Of a stretch of 64,000 nt of DNA, positions 53,465 through 63,102 are shown piece after piece. The notes below the pieces were generated by a model, which worked only from the letters and a program-made list of their open reading frames with translations, was not told the origin of the DNA and did not search any database. A program made the position numbers and the translations under genes. Location: NCBI GenBank assembly GCA_000091205.1, contig AP006497.2. One strand, given 5' to 3'. Numbering within the stretch: position 1 is the first letter of the stretch; each line of letters opens with the position of its first letter. The stretch comes from Cyanidioschyzon merolae (lineage: Eukaryota).

Positions 53465-54800
53465 AGCGAACTAGCTTCTGTTCTTTCGAGGGGGTACACT
53501 ACGACCCATCGGCAGATGCCTCCTCCAGGCCTTTTTCGACCGGCTCCTGCTATTCAGTTCATCTGCTCCGTGTAGACATCGATATTGAGAGGGTGCCTTA
53601 CAAAGGTAGAGGGCGTCAGCTCCGCGGGTCTCGTCTTCAGCACCGCACATCTGCTGATGTTGATAGCGGCGTTGAAGTCTCGGTTCAAGAATTCCAAGCG
53701 ATTATAGCATCTGGTGGAACTGATCAACGTAGGGGTTGCAAGAACTCGTGCCCTATGTGCCATTTGCTGCTCTTTCAGCTCTCTGAGGTTTTCAATCACC
53801 GAAGCGCTCCGCTGGATTTTGTCTTTCTCGACCTCCTGAAGTGTGCATCCCAGTTCATACCTTATTTTAAAATGAAAGCACTTGTTCATTTCCTTAGGTA
53901 AGGGCATTCCCGGGGCGAGAGGGACTTGCAGAAGAAAGACGAAACGTGCTCCAGCGTTACCGTGTGCTGAGCGCTTCAGCGATTCGCCCAGTGGAACGAT
54001 CGTTACGCCTCACGAACGGAAAGACTCCTTCAATGGCGTCGAGCCACGGTGTGTACGTAGTAATGAAATGCAACGCTACCTCGATAGAATTGGAAAAAGC
54101 TCGAACGCAAGGGGGATTTGTGAAACGCCACGTTGCCTATTGGAAGAACGTCTCCAGACATCAGTGTAAAAGCCTTCGATGGTTCGACGAAGTGTTTCGT
54201 GCTGTTGTATGAGCCTTCTGTACGAGCGAAATTTAATCCGCCACACATATCCACTGCTGCTAGAATAGAGAAGTTCGTCGTTCTCATCGAGTTCGATCGT
54301 ACGCATGGCAGGCTCCCTTTCCGCGAATACCCATATAGGCCCCGTTCTGTTCGCCCGAAGCAAGTCCCATCGACTGGAAAACAAACCGACGTCACTGTGC
54401 CTCGTATCGATGGTGACTTTCCAGGAACGCTTTCGTTGCGATTTCGGTGGATGATGGGTGTGAATAAACTAGGACTTTTTTTGTTACTGGATCGCAATGG
54501 TTCCAGGACCAGACGAAGAGGCGATTGAGAAACAGAGACGCTGCTCGCGGCTACTATTGTCGCACATGCATTCCGAACGGGATCAACGGGTCGTTTTTCT
54601 ATCATTGATAACAGTGAGTGTTTGAGAATATCGATTTTGGCGCGGAGTGTGTATCATTCGTTCTTTCAGGGCTCCTCAAAGATCAGAGCCCTGTGGTATG
54701 ACTGACCTGAACGGGGAATGCAGTACTCTTCGCACTGCTCTGGAAGGAATCCATCCGACATGCAAGTTGTCTACCATCTATAAGATACATTGCATACTGA
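53465..54800 (-). mobile_element. TnpB/Fanzor-like element remnant, copy B (inverted relative to copy A at 1-1270)
   Basis: The reverse complement aligns with window positions ~1-1270 at about 75% identity, through the coding part and ~100 bp beyond its stop. The encoded peptide retains RuvC-I-like SILAAVDMCGGLNFART and RuvC-III NRDFNAAINIS (Asp kept), but the zinc-finger CxxC is degraded (RCYNRLEF). The far boundary (>54800) is uncertain because copy A is cut by the window edge. Confidence 0.6.
53554..54605 (-). pseudogene. Fragmented TnpB/Fanzor-like ORF (54030-54605 and 53554-53907 in different frames)
   Basis: The two ORF pieces are separated by a frame change near 53907-54030. This is the same relative position as the frame change in copy A (about 660-771). 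The zinc-finger cysteines are lost. Confidence 0.5.
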
Positions 54801-55762
54801 TGCCGATCTCATGCTATAAACCGCAGCGAGGACCGTACAAAATAGCGTTGAAAGACTTTGAGTCCGATCATATTCCGTTTCCAGAGTCGTAGGAAGATAA
54901 ATACGGTGTCCATTGCTGTGCATTGCACCGAGTATCTCGCTTCCATGAAACGAATCAGAGTGAGCTGCAACTCCTACGTGTCGCCTGCTTGCTTGCTTGC
55001 TTGTTTGCGAGCCAATACGTATGTGCCACAGTGGAATGGTGCACCTTCGTGGCCACCTATGCATCGTATGACGTTCCGCAGCTAACGTGTATGCATCGCT
55101 GCAGACGCTTCGCGATGTCGAGCGACGGGATCGTACGGTGAAGGGATACCGGAGCATCCAGGGATGCAGCTCGCCCTCTCTACGACATATGGACGCGTTT
55201 CACGCACGCTGGAGGTCAACGTGCTTGAGTGACACTGTTTCTGGTTGATCCCTGCAGGCAGCGCAGCAGGAGGCTCAGCGTTTCTAGATCTAAACCAGGT
55301 CGAGTGCGAGCGGCACGATTAGAGAGCAGACCCTCCGTGGTGTGCGATACTCGCGTTCCGACGACTTGTGCTGCATAACGCTCCTCGAATACGTTCTCAG
55401 GTTACATCTTTAGTTTCGGTCCAGGTTGTACCAGCATTCGCCAAACTGTTGAAACTCGAAACTGATCTTTCGAAATCGCTGCGCTCGCCCGCATCGAGTC
55501 ACTTTCAGCCGGCCGAAACTTCACGACGGAGACCTAGTATTCTTCAGGGAGCCTCAATGCACCCACATTGTCATACGTTATTCACTTAACTGGCTAGAGT
55601 GACTATGGAAGAGCTGGTTCTGCAATGTCGGAAAACGCTTCCACAAAACGACGACTGGAGTCACGGCGACACCGCAGCATTCCAGCAAGCTGCTGCATCC
55701 CAGGGCATTGCGGAGAGGTGCACGTCGTGGATCCTTTGCGTACACGTCGGGTACTGCACGTC

Positions 55763-58072
55763 ATGTTCGCCACTGATTCGAAGGAGAATTCTAGGTTGAT
55801 TGTGAAAGGATTTGCTTCCTACATCTCCGAGGAGCGTCTACGAGCACACTTCTCAAGACTTGGTGATGTTACGGACGTGCGGGTTTCCCGGACGGCGAGC
55901 GGGCGCTCGCGGGAGTTTGGATTCGTCGGTTATCGAACACCTGCGGAGGCAGCAGCAGCCAAGGCATTTTTTGACCAAACGTTCCTAGATACTCGTCGCA
56001 TAACTGTAGAGTATGCACTTCCTCCGCGATCACCGGCGCTAGCCGAGAGGAAACGTTTTCATGCGGAGGTTTCTGTGGACAGGCGGCAAGCAGCAGCCAC
56101 CGCCCGTGCTGGCGAAAGAAGACCCCCAACGCTGACTGCAGCGGAGAACGAGCACCGCGGTGCAGAGGTGCACTCTACGAGTGACCACGCTGTCGAAACC
56201 GCTGGCAAAACCGGAACACTCGAGGGGGTACCTCGAGATCAGACAAGAACGAGTCAGACTTCGCTGTGGCATGCCGCACACGCGACCTGGGGTCAAGAAA
56301 CGAGCGAGTCGGAGCCACGTAAGGTGCACAGGCGACCGGAAACGACTCCGTCGCGTGGTCGTCAAGCTGCTGACGAGGGCAGCGCTGTCTTGCTCGCGGA
56401 CTCGCCTGATGATCAAGCGCTCTCGCGTACCGTTTCCCAAACGGAACCGCCGACCAGTGCGGTATCCGCCTCGTCTGCATCTTCAGGAGCAGAGCAGGTG
56501 TCTTCCCGTGCGGAATCGATGGCGTCCGCTTCTAAGGAATGGAAGTTGTGTCGGTCTAGTCGCATCTTTATTCGAAATCTGGGGTTTAACGTAACTTTCG
56601 AAGACCTGGAGAAGTTGCTTGAACCTTTCGGGGAACTCGAAGATGTCCATCTGGTTCGGGATCGGGAAAGCGGCCAGTCGCGCGGCTTTGGGTTTGCACG
56701 CTTCAAGACCGTAACCTCTGCGCAACAGGCAATGGACGCCTTGGACGGGTCAGTGTACCAGGGACGCCTTTTGCACATCATGCCATCCGAGGCAGACCGG
56801 TACGAACTGGATCAGAGGTCGTCTCTGGAAACCGAAGGCAAACGCAGAAGCTTTAGCGTGGAGCGCAAACGGCAGCGTCGTCGAGAAGCCGGCACCACAA
56901 AGGACACCATTTCGTGGAATCCGTTCTTCCTGGGAACTGATGGCGTTTTAGAGACGACCGCCGAGCGCTTTCAGATGTCCAAAGCGCGCTTTCTCGGTAC
57001 CGATGCGCTAGAAGGGGGGATTTCAGCCGCCGTGCGGCTCGCTGTTGCCGAGTCGAGTCTGCTGTACGAGGTTCGCGAGGCGCTCGCCGAAAGCGGAATC
57101 AACGTGCAAGCTTTGCTCGATGAACAAACTCGGCAGCGAAGGGCTTTAGATCGGAAACAGCTCTCCCGAACAACGATTATCCTGAAAAACCTTCCGGCGA
57201 GAACAACGTCTGCAGACCTAGGACCAAAGCTCGGTCGCTACGGTCAACTTGGACGATTGGTGGTCGCTCCCGGGGGCCTTATAGCATTCGCCGAGTTTCT
57301 CGACGAAAACCAGGCCAAGGCAGCATTTCGGGGGCTCGCTTACACGCGTTACGCTGATCTGCCGCTCTATCTCGAGTGGGCACCTCGCGGCATCTGGGCC
57401 GACCCAACACCTCCCAATGGAGACGATATCGCCGAAGCATCGCCCAAAGCTTATGCTTCTGTTGACGACTCTGGATCAGGTTCCGAAGAACCGCCTCCGA
57501 ATTGGTCCCAAACTTCGCTTCTGATTCGTAATTTGAGCCTTGACACGACAAGTGGCATGCTAGTCGAGCATCTCGAGTCCTTGGGCGTGCGACCTCGAAT
57601 CGTGCGCATACCGCTGGATGAGGAGACCCCCAGTATGGATTCCCGGAGTCCAAACATTCCATCGAAATACGCTTTCGCGGAATTTGCAACTTGCAAAGAG
57701 GCCTGGCGCGCTCTTCATATCCTGGATGGATCGGCGCTGCGGGGCCACAGACTCTCCGCTGCGCCCAGCGAAAAGCACGTCACGAGTCGAGTGGCGGCCT
57801 CGGAGACCGCGGTTGTCCCCGAGGCTGGCAACGAAACCAAACTTATCATCAAAAACATTGCTTTTGAAGCGAGCAAACGGGAGCTACATCAGCTATTCAG
57901 TTCCTTCGGCCATGTGAAGTCGCTTCGACTACCAAAGAAAGTCGATGGCAGTGGACGAGGATTCTGCTTTGTGGAGTACGCAACGCCTCAAGAAACAGCC
58001 CGGGCCACAGCACTCGTCCAGGGCACTCATTTCTATGGAAGGAAACTCGTAGTCGAATACTCCCATCTTTGA
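55763..58072 (+). CDS. MRD1: Multiple RNA-binding domain protein MRD1/RBM19 (pre-rRNA processing, several RRMs)
   Basis: Several RRMs with RNP1-like motifs (SREFGFVGY, SRGFGFARF, GRGFCFVEY). The canonical MRD1 N-terminus SRLIVKGFASYISEERLRAHF follows the ATG at 55763. An upstream in-frame ATG at 55625 would add 46 non-conserved residues. The last RRM reads KLIIKNIAFEASKRELHQLFSSFGHVKSLRLPKKVDGSGRGFCFVEYATPQE. Confidence 0.85.
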   Translation: MFATDSKENSRLIVKGFASYISEERLRAHFSRLGDVTDVRVSRTASGRSREFGFVGYRTPAEAAAAKAFFDQTFLDTRRITVEYALPPRSPALAERKRFHAEVSVDRRQAAATARAGERRPPTLTAAENEHRGAEVHSTSDHAVETAGKTGTLEGVPRDQTRTSQTSLWHAAHATWGQETSESEPRKVHRRPETTPSRGRQAADEGSAVLLADSPDDQALSRTVSQTEPPTSAVSASSASSGAEQVSSRAESMASASKEWKLCRSSRIFIRNLGFNVTFEDLEKLLEPFGELEDVHLVRDRESGQSRGFGFARFKTVTSAQQAMDALDGSVYQGRLLHIMPSEADRYELDQRSSLETEGKRRSFSVERKRQRRREAGTTKDTISWNPFFLGTDGVLETTAERFQMSKARFLGTDALEGGISAAVRLAVAESSLLYEVREALAESGINVQALLDEQTRQRRALDRKQLSRTTIILKNLPARTTSADLGPKLGRYGQLGRLVVAPGGLIAFAEFLDENQAKAAFRGLAYTRYADLPLYLEWAPRGIWADPTPPNGDDIAEASPKAYASVDDSGSGSEEPPPNWSQTSLLIRNLSLDTTSGMLVEHLESLGVRPRIVRIPLDEETPSMDSRSPNIPSKYAFAEFATCKEAWRALHILDGSALRGHRLSAAPSEKHVTSRVAASETAVVPEAGNETKLIIKNIAFEASKRELHQLFSSFGHVKSLRLPKKVDGSGRGFCFVEYATPQETARATALVQGTHFYGRKLVVEYSHL

Positions 58073-58972
58073 AAGAAACCATCCCACAAAACAAAATGAC
58101 GACTTTGGCAGCGGGAGCGACTCGTTGGCAAGGATGCGCACTTGTTCCGCGTGTTTGCCGCTCGATGCCGGGCCTTTGCACACAAGCGGCGCCTCGGGCT
58201 GAGGCCGTGACCGCCGCACCACCACGATGGGACTCCATCTCTAGTCCAGACGATCCTAGGCGTGGTCTGCGCTCCCTTTGGCTGGTGTGATAATGTGCAT
58301 TCAATGTCCAGTAGATGAGGATTATCGCAGAGAGACGTGAAACACGCTCCAGTTCGCTGGCCATGCATTTCAGCGGCAGTCTCGACAGCGCCGCTGGAGC
58401 GCCCGACAAGACCCTAATCTTCATGATAGCGGTAGGCACAGATGATACGGGTAGTATTCGCAGCGTTCTTGGCTTGTCTGCGGATACCCCAGAAGTGCAC
58501 GAGCGACTCGGACGCACAACAGGGACACGCAGTCCAAAATGCATGTCCAAGCCTGTTTCCTGCAGCGACGCAGACGCTCCCAGCAACAGCATCGTCGTTG
58601 TGTGCGATCCGCGACTCCAAAACCGAGAACCGCTGCTGGAGTTCACTTTTCGGCCATTTGCCTGTGATATGGTGCTGGTCCGGTACCCGACGTCAGTTCT
58701 GAATCGTGGTGAGCACTGCGTTTCCAGCTTTGAGGCGAGTACCAGGAAACAGGCTCGGCGCCAGCACAGGCGTTTACCTTGCCTGCTCTTTCTGGTACTG
58801 TTCAGTATCCGACTTGTGCCAGTTCCTACAAAGTCAGCGTGTAAACACTGAAGAACGAAGAACGAACGTGCTGCTGGTGCTCGTGTCGCCAGAGAGTCCA
58901 GAAGACCTGCCGAGTCGCCCACGTCAGCTGGTGCCTGCTGGTGCCCGCTGTCCAGACGACCAGGGGCGCGCG

Positions 58973-59245
58973 CTACGAGTCTCCCGGTTCGGCAGCGTTG
59001 ACCTCCTCTATGGTGTCTATCCAGTCCGAGTAGACATCCACCGGCTCGCTCAAGCTGTTTATAGCGCACTGATAACTGGCCCCGCACACGCCACACTCTA
59101 AACGCCCGCGCATGGGCACCGTGCTTCGGTCCAGGAGCACCTCCACGGCTTTCGGTTGGTTGCAGAACGGACAGTCGAACCGCTTGTCCAGCTTTGGCTG
59201 AACTCGCTTCACTACTGGTTTCGATGACTTTTTGCGCTTACCCAT
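58973..59245 (-). CDS. ELOF1: Transcription elongation factor 1 homolog (ELOF1/Elf1), zinc-ribbon
   Basis: 90 aa: MGKRKKSSKPVVKRVQPKLDKRFDCPFCNQPKAVEVLLDRSTVPMRGRLECGVCGASYQCAINSLSEPVDVYSDWIDTIEEVN. This is near-collinear with human ELOF1 (..FTCPFCNHEKSCDV..CTVC..YLSEPVDVYSDWIDACE). ATG verified. A longer spurious 399-aa ORF overlaps it in another frame. Confidence 0.9.
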   Translation of the reverse strand: MGKRKKSSKPVVKRVQPKLDKRFDCPFCNQPKAVEVLLDRSTVPMRGRLECGVCGASYQCAINSLSEPVDVYSDWIDTIEEVNAAEPGDS

Positions 59246-60069
59246 GGAGTGGTCCAGCGGACATCCACGTCAGCGACCAGCACCTGCGACACAGCAGCGC
59301 TCGTACGGTCAACGTGGTGCGGCACGACGCACCAGGCAGCCGCGAGAGGTACGGCGTCATTCGCGTGCGAAACTGTTGCGAGGCTGCTCCACATGAGCGT
59401 CTACAGGGCGCACCATACAACAGATGACGGAACACGCAAATATATTCGGAAGCGATCGTTTTGGGTCCTGAGGAACCGCCCAACCTCTCTGCATCAAGTC
59501 CTTGTCGAGGTAAGCGTGCTGTTCTATCGACAAAATCCGGCGATTGTCCAACTGTATCGACTCTGTTGCAGGGCCTGCGCGGCCTATCGGCACTGCCGCC
59601 CCCTGGTGATGCGTCCACGGAGGTAGCGTCCAGCATGCAAGGTTATTTCGGTCTGTAGCTTTCCGCGGCAACGATCCCACTCGGTGACTACAGTCGTCGA
59701 ATGGCGACACCTTCCCTGCTTCACGTGCGAGGCGCACTCCAGAGCATAACACCCGCATTCCTCCATAGCGTTGCCCGCTGCGAACGTTTGGCGTTCCGGG
59801 GATTACGCTGACCCTCGCAGCGTATCGATCCCCTGGGGTCGATTCATTCGGAGCTGCGCAGCAGTCCTCGAGTTCAACGCGCTGCCTGGAAAAGCTCAGT
59901 ACGGTGGTAGCGGATCAAGTTGCTATTGACGCCGGCGCACGGCACCCGGAGAGCATGAACCAGTCATCCATCCTGTTCTGTCGTAGCTGACGAACCCAGA
60001 TAACGGCGATTTGATGCTCGTAGTCGACGCTTGAAAGGTTGCATCCTCCGCAATGAAGAGCGCCGTCTA

Positions 60070-60885
60070 ATGCCCGGTGCAGGGCGCGATGCATCACATC
60101 CAGGGACAACGAGTTCTGCTTCGAGCCGCCTCTCTCATGCGGGTTGCGCAACGGAGGGATCCCGCCAGGCCCCATGTACCTCGAGTGCTGCTCACCGTGT
60201 GATGGGCGACCACCTGGAGGCGTTCGGTCGTCGAGCTCTTCAGGCTTTTTGCACCCCGGCAGCGTTCTGGACGAGCCACCGCAGTCAGACGCGGCGTTGC
60301 GAGCGACCGCGCCCACAACGTTGCCTTCGACGGTGCCAGAGGCGCGAGCAGCAGTGGTGCCGTGTTTCCCCGGGAAGGTGTCTCCGGCTCGAGTTGGCTC
60401 AGAGGGAAACCGTAGAAAAACGGAATGAATCGTCTTTAGCACGTGTTGTATTCCGATATTTTGATCAGTGGAACAAGCGGGAAATCGCGGGTATCATTCC
60501 GCTCTTTGCTCCGGACGTGTTCTATGAGGACGCGCTTTATCCCAGAGCGCTTCACGGGCGAGAAGCGCTTGCTGAGCACCTCACTAAAGTAGCTCGTGTC
60601 TTACCACCTCAACTAGAGTTTGTAATCGATGACGTTTGCGAGGATCTCGAACGCGGCAAATGTGCCGTTCGGTTCCACCTCGAAGATCGTCGTACGGGGA
60701 AGCAGGTTCCCTTTTCGCGCGGGACTTCGTTTTTCACCGCAAAAAGAGCTCCGGACGCTCCTGAAGGCTGGTTGCTGACCTCGGGATGGGATCTGCCGGA
60801 ACCCCTCATCAAGGCAGGGAACGTTCTGCTCGCCATGGCTGGTATTGCTGCGCGTATTCTCGGGCTCTTTCGGCGGAGAACCTGA
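60070..60885 (+). CDS. SnoaL-like / NTF2-fold protein with long N-terminal extension
   Basis: The C-terminal ~150 aa read as an NTF2-like SnoaL domain (VVFRYFDQWNKREIAGIIPLFAPDVFYEDALYPRALHGREALAEHLTKVARVLPPQLEFVIDDVCEDLERGKCAVRFHLEDRRTGKQVPFSRGTSFFT). The track start 60031 is TTG; the first ATG is at 60070. About 125 aa of Ser/Arg/Ala/Cys-rich sequence precede the domain, with no internal Met. Confidence 0.55.
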   Translation: MPGAGRDASHPGTTSSASSRLSHAGCATEGSRQAPCTSSAAHRVMGDHLEAFGRRALQAFCTPAAFWTSHRSQTRRCERPRPQRCLRRCQRREQQWCRVSPGRCLRLELAQRETVEKRNESSLARVVFRYFDQWNKREIAGIIPLFAPDVFYEDALYPRALHGREALAEHLTKVARVLPPQLEFVIDDVCEDLERGKCAVRFHLEDRRTGKQVPFSRGTSFFTAKRAPDAPEGWLLTSGWDLPEPLIKAGNVLLAMAGIAARILGLFRRRT

Positions 60886-61760
60886 GACACGAGAGCTGGG
60901 TACTGCCAAGGCAGGGAACGTGCCGCTCGCCATGGCTGGGAATGCTGTGCATGAGTTTGAGCTTTTGTCAGGTAGAGGACCTGATGCATGTTGGCAAGAT
61001 ACTGCGCTTCTGCACAGATCTCAGGGCGTGCGCCTCTGCTTGTTAGAAGTTGTCTACGCAGCCGTGTTATCCCTGAACACAGGACGCAGCATCTCAGAGG
61101 CCGCAAGTATGTGCTTGAACGTGGTGCCGGCTTGGCATGCGGCTCCTCGAAATGTTTTTTCTTCGGTATGAAGGGTGCGGCTCCTGGGTGCAACGAGAAA
61201 TTTCTTTTACATACAGCTCGCGAAGCCTGATCACGCTGCACATGATCCCGAGGTACCCTGAGCACCGAGCCTTGTCTTCTTTTCTCACGCCATGTGCATG
61301 CTGCTGTTCCGTCTTGTGCACGCTTCACGAAAGCAGCGGGTCCCAGAGTCGCAACCCCCTCGCTATCCGCCGAAGCAGCAGCGCTGAACCTGCCGCAACC
61401 TGCATGATACAGATCCCATACGAAAGCTCGTTTCATACAGTTTCTGATGCGCCGCCTCTCGATCGAGCAGCGCGAAATGAGAGGTACCTGCCACTAACGC
61501 CACCACCGCTGATCCAGCAACCCGTCTGTCGTAAAGAAACCCTCTTCCAGGCACCGTGTATGCCGTAGTAACGGAGCGTGCGCGCGCGCTGTGAACACGC
61601 CCATCGCGCCGTCGAGATGCAGACGCACCAGCGCGATGGCGCGCAATCGCGGAGTACGCCCCAGCGGTGCCGCATAGAGTGAATCACGAGTCCGTTGATA
61701 AACGTCACTTTTTGCGACTGGTGGTACTGGTGTCTCGAGCCAGCAAAGTGTGACTGAAAC

Positions 61761-62759
61761 ATGAACCTTACGCTTCTGAAACGCATCATCTATACCCTAG
61801 TTTACAGACCGCTTGGTTTTCTCTATCTTTTCTTTGGTGTGTTTTACGGGCGGTTTGTGCTTCCGAAACAACCTGCGTTGACGTTACTGCGGCCGTACGT
61901 TGACGACCGGACGGTCGTCGTCGTGACCGGCTGCAACGTTGGCATCGGCTATGAGGTCGCGCTTGCGCTTTCAAAGGCTGGTGCGACAGTGTTTATTTGC
62001 TGTCGCACGGAAGAAAAATGTAGTGAGACTATCAGGCGGATCAAGCAGCAAGGGGGGCGCGGGCAGCTCAAGCCTATCAAACTTGAGCTGTCCTCGTTCG
62101 CATCCGTCCGCGCTGCTGCCGATGCGATTAACGCGCAAACAGCCTACATTGATTTTCTTGTGTTAAACTCGGGTGTGATGAACATTCCGAAGCTGGAATT
62201 TTCGGCCGACGGCTACGAGATGCACTTTGCGGTGAACCACCTCGGACACTACCTCCTAACCAGACGCCTGGTTGCTAAAGTGCGAAAAGGCATCGTCGTT
62301 GTTAGCTCTGATGGACATATCATGGGCGCTACTGATGCGATTGATGATATAAACTGGGATCGACGTGGACGGGAGAACTATGACGGCATGGTCGCGTATG
62401 CGGACACGAAAATGGCGAATGTTTTGTTTGCTGCTGAATGCAATCGGCGGTACCCTTCGATCCGCACTGTTGCGGTACACCCCGGCGCAGTACTGACCGA
62501 GCTCATTCGATATTCCGTGAAACCGGAGGCACAGACGCGTCTTCGCCAAATTCTCAAGTATATTTTTCGAACACCTGCGGAGGGAGCACTCGTCGTGGTG
62601 GCAGCGCTTGTGGCTACCGCCGTGCCTTGCGCCGGAAAGCGTGCGCCTCTTTTCTACCGCGACGGCCGGCCGAGCTGGGCAGTTGCGGAAAACGATGTTG
62701 CTGCAGCGCAGCATCTCTGGGACGAGAGCGAGCGCATCGTCCGCAACTACCTCACCTAG
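61761..62759 (+). CDS. Short-chain dehydrogenase/reductase (classical SDR; RDH/WWOX-like), N-terminal membrane anchor
   Basis: Cofactor motif VVVTGCNVGIGYEVALALSKAGATVFICCRT (TGxxxGIG), the active-site YADTKMANVLF (YxxxK) and NSGV. The N-terminal TM segment is MNLTLLKRIIYTLVYRPLGFLYLFFGVFYG. ATG start verified. Confidence 0.85.
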   Translation: MNLTLLKRIIYTLVYRPLGFLYLFFGVFYGRFVLPKQPALTLLRPYVDDRTVVVVTGCNVGIGYEVALALSKAGATVFICCRTEEKCSETIRRIKQQGGRGQLKPIKLELSSFASVRAAADAINAQTAYIDFLVLNSGVMNIPKLEFSADGYEMHFAVNHLGHYLLTRRLVAKVRKGIVVVSSDGHIMGATDAIDDINWDRRGRENYDGMVAYADTKMANVLFAAECNRRYPSIRTVAVHPGAVLTELIRYSVKPEAQTRLRQILKYIFRTPAEGALVVVAALVATAVPCAGKRAPLFYRDGRPSWAVAENDVAAAQHLWDESERIVRNYLT

Positions 62760-62874
62760 ATTTGAATAGAAGCAACTTGTGCGGGAATATTTTTAGCATG
62801 ACAAGAAAAAAGGGATATTCAAGGCGTTGGAGCGGAATCTCGGCCTGTTTTGATGGAAGATCCGTAACAAGACC

Positions 62875-62897
62875 GTCGTCGTCGTCGTCGTCGTCGA
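62875..62897. repeat. (CGT)7 trinucleotide microsatellite
   Basis: cgtcgtcgtcgtcgtcgtcg, about 115 bp downstream of the SDR stop. Confidence 0.85.
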
Positions 62898-63102
62898 ATG
62901 CGAGCAAGGTCCGCAATTGTCATGGATGAAAACCTGCTCGACCATTTTTCCTGCTCGTGCCGTAAACTAAAAAAATCGAGAGTGCTCTGGATCGTGCGTT
63001 TCCAGGACGATTCCGCAACCTTCACAAGGCACGTGGCGTCGCCGATGTGGATCGTGCCCTGCACGGCCAACGGCATACGTGGTCTCCGAGATGCTCCGAA
63101 TA

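Noticed and set aside
57897-59096. 399-aa minus-strand ORF overlapping the MRD1 3' end and the ELOF1 gene
   Set aside because: It is in a different frame from the well-supported ELOF1 CDS on the same strand. Its Arg/Ser/Gly-rich composition is typical of GC-frame artefacts. No motifs found.
60609-61436. 275-aa minus-strand ORF between the SnoaL-like and SDR genes
   Set aside because: Overlaps the SnoaL-like 3' end, has an Ala/Ser/Arg-rich composition and no recognisable domain. Treated as spurious.
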